From: Haliotis cracherodii
Lineage: Eukaryota
DNA: 64,000 bases
Assembly: GCF_022045235.1 (NCBI RefSeq)
Contig: NW_027266293.1
Location: forward strand, 620,001 to 684,000
Direction of reading: 5' to 3'
Part shown: one piece after another, positions 51,301 through 64,000 of the stretch
Position numbering within the stretch: position 1 is the stretch's first letter
Layout: every line of letters begins with the position of its first letter
Notes under the pieces: model-generated
The model's input: the letters and a program-made list of their open reading frames with translations, nothing else
The model's database searches: none
What the model was told of the DNA's origin: nothing
Translations under genes and position numbers: made by a program

Positions 51301-54300
51301 CGTGGTGACCATATATAGTTACATCTCTACCTTCAAAGGTGCAGGACAATTTGTCAGAAATTGAAGCAAGTGTCATCTAGAATTTACCGAGGAAACAATA
51401 TGCGACATGCTGGATAGCATAGACAGCATCTATGTGTAAAAGTAGGCAACAACATGTATATCAATTGCGCCGCTGTCTTTGCTGATTTGTTACTTTATTC
51501 AGATCAGCAAAATCACAACATGGGCAGTTGGCCAAGAAGTTTAACACATGCTTCTCGTACATCGATTATATGTTGTCTATTACTTATGGCCAACTAACCG
51601 ACTCCCATCGAGCAAAATTAAAGAATTTGCTGTCTATATATTTCACATCATTTGTTGTACAATCGCGCAGCCACTTTCTGCGAAGATTTCAAAGAATTGT
51701 TTCGTACACAAAAGTGTTTTTAAAGAATGTCTTGTGACGAAGTTTAATTAGAGATACATATTAAAGGCTGAATATTTCGTGAATATTTCGTAAAGGTTTA
51801 TGGTAGACATGTTGAAGAAATATTCAAACTTTGATGGATAATGAACAAAATAATGTCTGATGCAGTTACCTGTATGCTAAAGAATTTGTTTAGGTGAACA
51901 TTGATTTGCCTTTACGTGACGGGTGCTATCAATGGTTGGTTGGTTGGTTTGTTGTTTAACGCCGCACTGAGCAATATTCCAGCTATATGACGGCGGTCTG
52001 TAAATAATCGAGTCTGGACCAGACAATCCAGTGATTGACATCCTGAACATCGATCCAAGCAACTGGGTCAGCGAGCCTGACCACCCGATCCCGTTAGTCA
52101 TGGTCGCCTTTTACGGCAAGTATGGGTTGCTGAAGATCCATTCTACCCCGGAATCTTCACGGGTCTGCCATCAATGGGGCAAAATGTGCTCACATTACTA
52201 TTTGGCAGTGATTTCTAAGCATATGCTTTTTATACAGTAGCAATCGTAAATGAAAGGAAATCGAGATTTCTTATGATCATGAAAAGCTTTTATGTGTTTA
52301 TCTTATTTTAAAACAGAGGCAAATATATTATTACATTTTTATCAAACAATACAGCGTGTCTAATGAACGAATTTTGTTGGAAAAACCTGAGGTCAAAATA
52401 GTATTTTTAGTATTTGCGAACAATGGTCAAGAGCAAATGGTTGACCTCGAAGTTCAACACAGTGAACAGTTATCTATTAAATCTAATTCTGCATATACAT
52501 CCACACGGTGTACAACTACTGTGCTATTGCTACTTCTACCTAATATTTCACCATGTCGGTATTTTTGAAGATTCTTCAGACTGTAATCAACGACCCGTAA
52601 GTTTACACGTGGTATGAAAACTTTATGGTAGCCAAAGGTACTCACTGGTGGAAGGTCAAGACGTTTATGGCACGAGATCCACCGAGAGACAGGAAGCTGG
52701 AAATACAAAGAAACATTGGATAAATGTACACCGCAGATAACTATAATCAACTAGGGCGTCACTAGTGCATTACCATGTCAGCTTCTTAGACTGAAGTGAC
52801 TCAGATGAATCCTTCGAGAAAAAGGTATGGTGCTTTCAAACCTTGAAAGATAATCAAGGCGAATATGGGATTTGAACATGATAATTATACAGGAAGCCAC
52901 ACTGTACAACATATCGTGGCATCTTAGGCGACTGGGCCACCCATGCCCCTTTTTATTTCTGGAATCGATGCTTCGTTTAAGGTTTTGAAATAATAACAAC
53001 ATCACAAAGTAGGTATATGTCCGGTTAAATTTCAATGCCCAAGGCAGCTTATCCCTCCTTGCTGCATAGGGTACAAGATGTTTGTTGTACACATACTTCT
53101 TTATAAACCTGTCTACATAACCGGAGGTATCAGGTCCAATGATGAGACTGGATTTATAGACCGTTCCTTGCAGTACTTGCTTCAGTTCCACGAAGTCGCT
53201 CCCCAGCTGAGCCTCACTGACAGTAGTATTCCAATGTCGGTAATACAAGTTCGGTTCTCCATGAAACATACGTAAAAGGATAATACATATGTCAAGCATG
53301 ATAACAAAACATATCTTCATACACACGAGTATAAAGTTCGGTAAATGTTTCACATATGAATAAAAACAGGATGAATGTAAATATGGATTATTTTTTCTGA
53401 AGAGATGTATACCTCATACTGCATATACAGATCGCAAAAATAGCATAAAGTTATTCATGAATAAAGCGTGATGACAATATATTTGGTGAGTCCTTTGACA
53501 GTCAACGTAAGAAGCATATAATGCCGTATTTATATGTCCTGTTTGTTATATGACCGTGGGCTGGATATAATGACATCTGGATTATAGAAACTAATAATTA
53601 GAGATTATTATACGAACATGTGCGTCATATTGATGTCATGAATTCTTGTATTTTCCAAGCGAAAGCGAGGGTAATACATGAATTATTATATGAGTGTCGT
53701 ATTGTCAGTATGACACATATGAGTGTAATAATTTATATTTATTACCCACTATTTCTTTATCCTTTTAGGCTCCTCTTTAGACAAATGCACTGATCACCAC
53801 TGCTGTCCTAGAAAACCAACATTTGTCGAATGACGTCAGCCATCTTCAGCTTTGTTGTCATTTGTAGTTTGACGTTATTCCCACCTTACGTCACAATGAG
53901 ATTCGAATGACGTCAACAATGCCGTTTGGGTGGGTGAGTGGGTGAGTTGGGTTTAATGCAGCTTGTAACAATATTCCAGTTATATCACGGGTTGCCAGCT
54001 TAATGTGGGAGGAAAGCCCGAAGTGATGCAGGTTAGACGTTTACCACTTCGGTGAAACCCACGAGCATGGGTATGGTGGTGACAAACCTAGAAACATAAT
54101 CGGGGCGAACCGGAATTCGAACCCACAATCATAGGTTTCTGGCGTGCCAAAGGAATGCAACTCTGCACAGTGAATCGCGGCGCCTTAGACGACTGGGCCA
54201 CCAATGCCCCCAATGCCGTTTGGATGACGGAAGCAATACACTGTTGTACAAGAAGTGATATTTGAACAAGTGCACAACTCGGTTTTTTTCTAACCCTGTA

Positions 54301-57300
54301 GGTAATAATTGATATTATGAGCCACAGCCGATGGAAGTTACACCCACTGAGCCAAATTATCCAGCATGGCCATCGATCGCCTCATAAAAACAAGTACAGA
54401 TTGTTGAGGACCTCTTCTACTCAAATGCCCAAAGATATGTCATGTATGTCTTGTTGACGCGACGTCTACATGCCTTCAAACCTACCATTGCCCAGTTCAA
54501 TCCCTGCAAGAGGATACCCTTTGTCAGAGGAATATTTTAGCAACTGCTTAGCATTTGATGGGTTCCACTTTGTTCCATTGCGCAGCATTAGGTTGAGGCT
54601 AATCACCAGTTTTAGCCCCGTCTTGTGAATAAACGCGTTGAGCGCGTCCCAGGTGTTTGCTGAAAATACATTTTCATTGGTCGGTTTTGGTTCAGTTTGC
54701 ATATGTTTTAATAGTATGTCAAACCACAAAGTTATAGACATATTGAAAAGCTACTTATGGACAAAGGTTATGTAAATGAAGAAATCCATCAGTCACTGGT
54801 TCATTGGGCACACTGGCAACCCGTGTATCGAGGTACCTTTCCCTGTTAGTCGCCCGGATTACGGAATGTCTGGGACTAACGAATCTCAGAAAGAAGTAAG
54901 ATTCCTTTGTACACATGTTAGCATCAGTTGTAATGCCCGGAAGATCGTGTGACGAAATTCAAGGATCCTGGGTGATTAAGGTTAAACTGTACCACGAAAC
55001 AAATAACTAAATCATTTGCACCAACATGTACGATTCGAACCCACAATCATAGGTTCCTGGTGTGTCCGAGGGACGTAACTCTGCACAACGAATCGCAACG
55101 CCTTAGACGACAGGGCCACCCTACTACCCAAAGAACTCTTCTTGGGCAATCAGTGGGATAGAAACGATTTGCACCTGAAGTTTCTTAGAGTGATAATACC
55201 AAAAAGGTTATTCCAAAAGAATAAAATATTTTTAGAAGTGGAATTTTTTGTATTGGTTAGCCAGGTCTTTTTGGTTAGGTTTTCTTTCTGGTGACAAATA
55301 CACCAAGGGATTCTTATGATATGCTGCTATCACCTTGGAGTCGAAACTGCTGGGAAGTTGCTATGTTGTTATTCGGGTCAAACACCATGCGATCCCCTGA
55401 TGTTCCTCCAACTCGCACATACCCTGGCGCTAAGGCTTTTCCAAGAGTCACAAGTTTGGGAGACCTGTTATAAAAGTGAGTGAGTGAGTATGGTTTTAAG
55501 TCGCTTTTAGCAATATTCAAGCAATATCACCGCGGGGGACACCAGAAATGGGACCGCCTCCGTGGTCTAGTGGTAGAGCGTCCGCCCAGAGAGCGGAAGG
55601 TCCGGGGTTTGATCCCCGGCCGCGTCATACCAAAAGACTTTAAAGATGGTACTTGTTGTTACCCTGTCTGGCGGTCGGCATTAAGGGGCCAAAACAAGGA
55701 CTGGTCGGCTCGGAGTCAGTATACTGTGTCTGAGTGGGGTATTCATGGTAAACTGCGGCATGGTATCTCAGTGAGCTAGCACTATAAATCGGCATCAGTC
55801 CGGACTAGTACAAGCAGCCACACAAACACATACACGTATATGCACGTCGTTATATAAGTGCAATAATCTTGGACGCGACGTTAAACCCAATTTCACCTCA
55901 CCTCACCAGAAATGGGCTCCACACATTGTACCCATGTCGGGAATCGAACCCAGGTTCTCGGCTTGACGAGTGAATGTTTTAACCACAAAACTACCCAACC
56001 TTCCCCTGTTATTAAAGGATATTCTATATATACTTACAGTATGAGACTGCTATAACCATCTGCAACAAACTTTATATATCATCTAACAGATAATACCACC
56101 CGTAACATCATGTATATGGACTCTTGTGAAGAGCAACCTCCACGTGGTGAGTGCTGGGTAACGCTAATAGCTCTTCCCCGTATGGACCCGGGGTAGAATA
56201 TGTCCTCAGCACCCAATTGCTTGTTGTAAAAGGCGACTAAATTGGGCAACCTGTTTGCCTTGGATTTCATACCTGTGTCGGTGGAGGAAAGGATTCTGGT
56301 CTAACACACCATTTCGACCCTGACTTCACCTAGAAAGGTGGTAGGATGGGCTGGTCATGCCAAGCCCTGTGCGTAATAACTCCAATTCTTAATTTTGCTG
56401 TACATGTATTATATTTATTTTAAGGTTTTGAAAACACAATTTCAAGGAGATATTCATTTAACAAAAACACCAAAAAAATGGAAAACAGCCAGGGCCCTCC
56501 AACACATGGGGGTGCCTTCTTCTCAGTCCACCACTGTAAAGGTTCATAATCAATTTGAAGCTTTGGCGATGGGTTTTTTTCAGTCTTGGTGAGGCCGGGT
56601 GTTATTCATAGCCCTGTTCCTCTTAATACCCCTCAACAAGCTATCGCAGGTCGTATCACAATGCACATTGTTTTTACTCTGTGCTCTCTTTCCATTCCAT
56701 CTGCATCTCTTCAACAATCCGATCTTCAAGCTATCTATGACCGGCTTCCTAAACCCTGTATTATAATGGGCGATATGAGCGATATTAACGGTCAAATCCA
56801 CTTTGGGGTAGTGATCATACTAGCAGTAAAGGCCAGCTCCTAGAAGATTTTATCTCCAACTATACTCTTTGTATTTTTAATGATAATTCAAAAACATATT
56901 TACATCCTAGTACAGGCACATACTCTACTCTTGTCTGTTACCGATTCCAACCTGTTCAATAAATTTGAGTGGTCATTCCACGCTGACCTCTGTGGTAGTG
57001 ACCACTTTCCAACCATATCAAACCCTTTTACACCAACTGATGTTCCTCCATCATCTCGATGGAACTTTACAAACGCTGACTAGCCTCTATGTGACATTCT
57101 CTGTACAGGCAAACTAACACCTGAACACTAACATCGACCATTTGGCTCGCTTAGAATCATTTGTTAAAATGCAATAATAAATAAACATCATGCAGTGTCT
57201 ATCTTTTTTCGATCTAGACAAAGCATATGACACAATATGGAAACACGGTATTTTAGAAGATGTATTATGATTTGGGATTACGAGGCCGTTTGCCTCAATT

Positions 57301-59080
57301 TATATTCGAATATTTAACTGATAGGCAATTTCAAGTCCGCGTGGGTTCTACCCTGTCTGATCATTATAATCCGGATCAGGGTGTCCAACAAGGCAGTATA
57401 TTGTCTGTCACATTGTTTAGTATTGAGATAAATAGTTTATCTAAAGTTGTAAATGATTCGATTGTTGGATCGCTCTTTGTGCATGATTTTAATATTTCTT
57501 GTCATTGCAAAAACATGGACACTATTGAAAGGCAACTGCAGCTATGTTTAAATAAAATCCAGAAATGGTCTTTAGAAAATAGTTTTAAATTAATTTTAGA
57601 TAGCACTCCGAATAAAGTTGTAAAGGAAGCCAAATTCTTGGGTCTTATTTTCGATCATCATTTGATTTTTCTGCCCCACATTAAATACTTAAAGAATAAA
57701 TGCTTGAAGGCCTTACATTTATTAAAAGTTGTCTCCAATTCAAAGTGGGGAGGGGATAAAAAGACCTCCTCTAACTATATCGAACACTTATCCGCTCTAA
57801 ACTTGATTATGGCTCCATCATATATGGTGGGGCTTGTAAGAACAATTTAAAATTACTTGATACTATCCATCACCATGGCCTGAGGCTTTCCCTTGGAACC
57901 TTCAGAACTTCTCCTTCTTCTTGTCTGTGGAAGCTGACGAACCATCCCTTGAACACCGTCGCATTAAATTAGCTCTACAATATATCTCTAAATTACGTTC
58001 CAATGACTCCAATCCAGCGTTTGACTGTGTTTTCAATCCCCTTTACTGTAACCTCTACAACACAAATTCTTCTCTTAGTCCACCAATGGGATAACACTAC
58101 AAGCAGATATTTCTGCTGCTAAAATAAATCTTGACTCTATAGCCCCCACTCAGCTTTTGTCATCTCCACCATGGTAGTTTGTAAAACCAGAGGTGAATTT
58201 TACATAAACCAAACTAAAGAAATCCGAAACCAATCAACCAATTTATCAACAAGAGTATAATCTATTAAGAAGTCTATCTTATTCAGTGTATCATATCATC
58301 ATTCCCTTGATGATGCCCTTGACTCATTCGGCCTCATGTCCCCTATGTTGTTATGTCGTCACATTACGTTACATTACCATTACAATTGGAAGTTGGATGG
58401 TTTGTTGTTTAACGCTGCACTCAGCAATATTCCAGCTATATGATGGTGGTTTGTAAAAAATCAAGTCTGGACAAAACAATCCAGACATCATGACATCATG
58501 AGCATCGAACCATGCAATTGTGATCGATGACATGCATAAACCAAGTCAGCGAGTCTGACCACCCGATCCCGTTAGTCGCCTCTGACGACACACATGGTCG
58601 CCTTTTACTGCAAACCTGGGTTGCTGAAGACTTATTCTACACCGGAACTTCACGGGTCAGTAATTGGAAGTGATTTCTGTCAACCATTCGTTTATCAAGG
58701 ATAAGCTAGACACAACGTAAATCAGTGACGAAAATGAATTGACTAAAACTTGGTTTATGGATTCTGCTGAATCTAAAAATATATAGTTTTGGTCTATTCG
58801 TTTCCCATTTTCTGACAAGGATTTGTTTCACTACTCTAAAAAATCCATTTACGTTTCAATCGAATCACATATTTACACAAATGTATGTATACCTGATATT
58901 GGGGTTCGTCAGAAAGGAACTCAGTCGACCGCTTTCAATGGTGACACCAACAAACATATCATCAATTTCCTGTAAGACATGGTCCACTTTTACCGTGATA
59001 TCTTCTGTGTGCATGGACACAGTGAACGGTTGTATCCAAGCCAACCCTAACAACCACAGGATGGTTTCATGTCGGAACAT
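48307..59080 (-). CDS. Heparanase-like GH79 glycoside hydrolase, paralog C (10 exons, 482 aa)
   Basis: Exons 59080-58893, 55464-55334, 54659-54486, 53256-53097, 52696-52646, 51093-50896, 50551-50440, 49685-49576, 49084-48941, 48487-48307; 1449 nt open. IELGNEP and WLGETSS are intact. An alternative in-frame ATG lies at 59107; the exon-4 acceptor is GAG. Confidence 0.9.
55477..56004 (-). mobile_element. Family-2 SINE with a nested family-4 SINE
   Basis: Outer TSD cctgttat(a/t)aaag (55464-55476, 56005-56017). The inner element is flanked by the duplicated caccagaaatggg. Confidence 0.85.
56100..58270 (+). mobile_element. Decayed, internally deleted I/Nimb-like LINE
   Basis: 5' UTR-like head; APE pieces (PCIIMGD, LCGSDHFP); RT pieces (FFDLDKAYD, GVQQGSILS, LFVHDF, KFLGLIFD); many stops and frameshifts. 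Confidence 0.85.
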
Positions 59081-60089
59081 TCTGACTGTCACTCCATGTA
59101 GAAGCATACTATCGCTTATCAGTGTTTCGAAGCTAAATACTACTCAACGTGCGGAGGTCAGCTGCGGTGTTGGAAGAGACCAGGTGTTGCCAAGCCGTGA
59201 CAACAGATAACGATTTTTTTACACGAGTATTAAGTAACTTTCATGCTTTCATGTCGTGATCGGGTTCGTTTGTGCCTGTTTCGGTATCTACGTTGCAGTT
59301 ATAGTTCTGTGCAGCACGTAACTCATGATCTGATTCTCTGTTCCTCAGTTTCAAGGATTGGCTTGTGACACATCATGTTTGGCTTTCGTCAACACTAATC
59401 TGTTACGATTTTAAAAAGGTAACTCATTACATAACGTTAAAGTTCAACTCGTGCACTTTTCAAATTTAGGAACTAAACAGATGCATGCCTTGTCGTTGAA
59501 TGGCGATGATACACTTAAGACATGTGAACCAGATCAACTTGCACAAAGTGAATAAGGGACCGATATTGTGGTAGGGCTGAGAGTGTGGGAGGGGTGGGGA
59601 GTGGATGGGTGGGTGGGGATGTAGGGGATCTGGGATTTTGTCGCAAAAAGGATATAAATAAAATATCTATGGTTGCAAAAAAATTAGGCTTCGATTATGC
59701 AGCTGTAGCGTTAACATATATAATCAGCGTAAAATTCTAACTCCCAGACACAGTTTTTAATTGGCTAGCGCCATAACTGAATAACATGAACATGAAGTAG
59801 TAACATTTAGTTACGTGACGTCATAACATTTAGGAGAACTATTATGTCACAACACCAAGTTGATAATGGACAAATATCTTACGTCTTTACATTCAACTTA
59901 GTCGCGTATATATGAATGAAATGTTGCTCTTATTTTAATAATGTAGGTTCATGACCAAAATGTTGCTTATATAGCGGGAAAACTAAAATGTAGCCGCTTC
60001 CACGTGTACCTATGTGTTCCCTGAATGGAATCGTGCGGTTGTGTTGCTGCTTTATTTGTGAACGGTGAAGATTCATGCTTCTTTTTTAT

Positions 60090-60215
60090 TTAAGTTCTAT
60101 CTTTCCGATATACTTTTTATTGCATCGTCTACAAACAATCAAGTAAATAATATTTCTAGTACCACAAGTCATATTTTGTTTTACAGTAAATTTAGTGTCC
60201 TTTGTAATTTGTACT
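60090..60215 (-). mobile_element. Penelope-like GIY-YIG endonuclease fragment
   Basis: FTVKQNMTCGTRNIIYLIVCRRCNKKYIGK matches the PLE C...N.IY.I.C..C...YIG pattern; truncated. Confidence 0.65.
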
Positions 60216-61229
60216 GAATAGCCTTCAATTACAATTGCTGCAAGTAAGCCCCCATACTGTGTAATGCCAAATGGTCTTTCCGTAATGTTAAATAGATATG
60301 AATAATGTAGGGAGGGAATGCTATGACCAGTTAGTGCAAATAGAACTATCCTGGGCGACCCATCAGGTTCATGTGTTCTGACTTGGGTTTGTCCAAAAGC
60401 TAGCATGATATAACATGCCATAAGGAAAACATATTATATTTCAGAAACACCACTGCAAAAAGTATAAGGATAATGTTTCCCGTCCACGTCTTTGTAATTC
60501 CGTTGTGGTTGCTTTATCAGTGTGGACAGTTTCATCACGTTACCATGATCACTTTACAAGACACATTTGTAAAAACGTTTGCCTGTGATTTTAACAATGT
60601 GTTTCACGTGTAAATGTCGCAGTTGAAATGTTAAGTGAGTGAGTGAGTATGGTTTTACGCCGCTTTTAGCAATATTCCAGCAATATCACGGCGAGGGACA
60701 CCACAAATGGGCTTCACATGAAATGTTAAGAGTAAGTAATTCAATACAGAAATAAGATCAACATTTTAAATACTTGTTTTGTTCTTTATTTTCCCGGGCG
60801 CCCCTAAATTGATTATACATATAGTGATTGTATATTCCTATAGGATCTGTATCATTTGTAGAGTGACACTCAAAATCCAACCTAGAATGGTCTTGGCATA
60901 CGTATTTGGCTTGCTGGTACCTTATTCACACATTGTTGCCAATTGCGTGGGTCGATGTTCATGATATCAATTATTGGATTGTCTGGTCCAGACTCGATTA
61001 TTTACAGACAGCCGTCATATAGCAGGAATACTGCTGAGCGCGGAGTTAAACAACAAACCATCAAAAAAACCTTATTTAGACATTCTACTGTTTCATCCAT
61101 CCTGGGGTTCCATATCCTCGGCAAATGCAAACTGTGGTTTCACGTAGCCTCCAATGAATTTTGTCAATGCTTGTTGTATCAACCAATACTGTTTACGTGA
61201 CAAGTTTTACTTCCTGGTGTGATACAAAC

Positions 61230-64000
61230 GCCTATATCACTATAAAAAAGACTTGTAAGAATGGACGGTAACCTTCCTGCTACTAAGCTTTGTCGAGACA
61301 TGTACTCTTGTCTGGACTAATCAGTTATAGATGCTAATTTACTTATTGTATTTGAATGGTCAATCTACGATGACCTCTGTGGAAGTGACCATTTTCCTAC
61401 CCTTTTGAAGTCTGTAACACCATCTGATGTTCCTCCGTCATCAAGATGGAATTTTACTAAGGCCAACTGGGCGTTATATGACATCCTTTGTACAATCAAA
61501 CTAAAACCTGAAGATTTTGATGACCCTATACAACTTTTTTCCAAAGAACTTAATAAGGTAGCTGACGAATGTAACCACGGTTTAACAATGATTGCAAACA
61601 AGCTAGGAAGGCACAGGAAAAGGCTGAACAATATTTCCGTCGCAATCCAATGGTACATAATCGAAATAAATTCAAAAACTTAAATGCTAGAGCCAGGCGC
61701 ACTTTCAAACAAAACACAACGCTAATCTTGGCAAAATTATGTATCTAAGATAGATTAAAGGACGCCTGTCTCCAAGGTTTGGAATATGATTCAGAAAATA
61801 AATGGTAAGGGTCCTAAATCAAGCATACACCATCTTAAAGATGGAGTTCAACAGTTAACTAATAAATCAGATATTGCAAACAAACTTGGTAAAACTCTAG
61901 ACATTCTTCCTCTTCGAACCAGGTCCCTAAATTCTAAAAATATCAAAGGCAGCAAGAAAAGAAACCTATAATTTTTACTTCAGATAACGGGGAAGATTAT
62001 AATGAAGTCTTTTCCATTCATGACCTCGATACTGCCCTTGGGCAAGCTCATGATACTGCTATGGGGTCTGATAATATACATTATCAACTCTTAAACATTT
62101 ACCGCAATCCTGTTCAGAAACCCTTTCGATCATATTTGATAAATTCTGGACGTCAGGAGAATTTCCATCTTCATGGCGTGAAGCTGTAATTGTTCCGATA
62201 CCTAAACCTTGACATGATCATACTGATCCTTCCAATTATCGTCCTATTTCATTGACTAACTGCGTTTGCAAAACCATGGAACGCGTGGTCAATAATAGAT
62301 TAACATGGTACTTAAAATCCAATAACTTAATCACAAATAGCCAATGTGGATTTCGTAAAAGTCGAAGTACCACTGACCACTTATTTCGACTGGAGTCATT
62401 CGTTCAGAATTGTTAGCAATCAGCATGCAGTGTCTATCTAGAAAATGCATATGACCTGCATGGAAGCAAAGGACTTTGGATTGCGAGGCCGTTTGCCTCA
62501 GTTTATATCCAACTTTTTAAATACAGACAATTTCAATTCCGTGTGGATTCTACCCTGTCCGATCATTAAAATCAGGATCAGGGTGTACACGGGACAACGT
62601 TTTATCTGTTACGTTTTTTAGTATTAAAATAAATAGCCTATCTAAGTTTTAAATGATTCAATGGATGGATCTCTATTCGTGGATGATTTTAATATTTCAT
62701 GTCGTGGTAAGAATATGAATACTGTCGAAAGGCAACTGCAATTGTGTCTAAATAAAATCCATAAATGGTCATAAGAAAATGGTTTTAAATTTTCACAATC
62801 TAAAACGAACTGTATTCTTTTTTGCAGAAAATACAAATCTCATAAGGACCCAGAACTTGTTTTTGGTCACGTTTTTTGGCATCATCTTCGATCACCATTT
62901 GACCTTTTTACCACACATTAAATATTTGAAAAATAAATGCCTGAAGGCCCATGACCTTCTAAAAGTCGTTTCAAGTTAAAAGTGGGGAGGAGATCAGAAA
63001 ACCCTCCTCAAACTGTACAGGGCACTTATCCACTCTAAACTGGATTATGGCTCATTTATGGTGGAGCCTGCAAAAGTAACTTAAAACTTTGAGATAGTAT
63101 TCATCATTAAGGCCTGAGGCTTTGCCTTGGAGCCACCTCTCAATAGCCAGTATGTAGAAGCCGATGAACCATCGCTTAAACAACATCGCATGAAATTATC
63201 TTCACAGTATCTTTCTAAACTGCATTCTTATCATCCCTATCCACGATTGTGTTTTTAAACCTCCATATAAACAACCCTATAACAAAAAATCATCTCTTAC
63301 TCCACCCCTAGGAATCAGAATTCAATCTCATATTTCTGCTTTTCAGATTAGTTTTGAAAATATAGCCCCAACCAAACCCCTGTATTCACCACCATGGCAG
63401 TTGGTACAGCCAGAGGTGGATATAACATTAACTAAACTAAAGAAATCTTATACAAATCAACTCATTCATCAACAACAATACAATGAATTACGAAGCACAT
63501 ATGATACCTACAAATCTCTATTTACTGATGGATCCAGGGATGGTGACGCAGTTGCCAGCGCCGCCGTCATTGGATCCAGGACTCTATCATCAAGATTACA
63601 GGATAATTGTTCCATTTTAACGGCTGAATCACATGCTACATTAACAGCACTAGAGTACATTAGTAAGCAACCAAAACATAAACAATTTATCATATTTTCA
63701 GATTCTCTATCCTATCTTCAGGCACTACAAAATCAGTCTTGCAAACATCCAATTATAATAGAAATTCCTGAATTATACAATGATCTTGCTACTGGCCAAT
63801 ACGACATCGTCGTTTGTTGGTTACCCAGCCATGTTGGAATTGTTGGAAACACAATGACTGATGCTGCTGCAAAGGCAGCACTAAACAAATATGTGAGACC
63901 ACTTCTTATATCATACAGTGATTATAAATCTATTTTTAGATGTTACATCAGAGATCTCATGCAGAAGAAGTGGGACACCAAAGTGGGTATCAATAAATTA
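61230..64000 (+). mobile_element. Decayed I/Nimb-like LINE ORF2 with RNase H, running off the window
   Basis: GSDHFP, NYRPISLT, QCGFR, LFVDDF, FTDGS and WLPSHVGIVGN. Same family as 56100-58270; multiple disablements. Confidence 0.88.

Noticed and set aside
55125-55290. Possible extra linker exon in intron 2 of paralog C
   Set aside because: Candidates hit stops or have the wrong phase; exon 2 is 131 nt as in A and B and joins exon 3 in phase.
56345-56385. Twister-ribozyme-like ggtc..ccaagccc motif
   Set aside because: Could not build the required stems and pseudoknots.

Overview
AT-rich, repeat-dense animal genomic DNA; the SINE and LINE families suggest a mollusc, but that is inference. 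I reconstructed four intact spliced genes exon by exon. Three are 10-exon, signal-peptide-bearing GH79 heparanase-like paralogs: A (2338-10131, +), B (14510-26943, -) and C (48307-59080, -). The fourth is a 13-coding-exon SLC6 Na+/Cl- amino-acid-type transporter (29106-39083, -). Four orphan or pseudo heparanase exons are scattered through the cluster. Mobile DNA includes a Ngaro-like tyrosine-recombinase retrotransposon with an SGNH hydrolase, three Tc1 relics, a MITE, decayed LINE and Penelope pieces, and at least four SINE families. Two observations stand out. (1) All four large regular tandem arrays (63, 47, 41 and 121 bp units) are amplifications of an exon-intron junction, creating up to ~25 decoy splice sites. 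(2) The Ngaro-like element appears to encode a spliced mRNA fusing the first 39 gag codons in frame to the SGNH hydrolase, plus a structured 3' intron. All coordinates were derived by eye; repeat boundaries are approximate.
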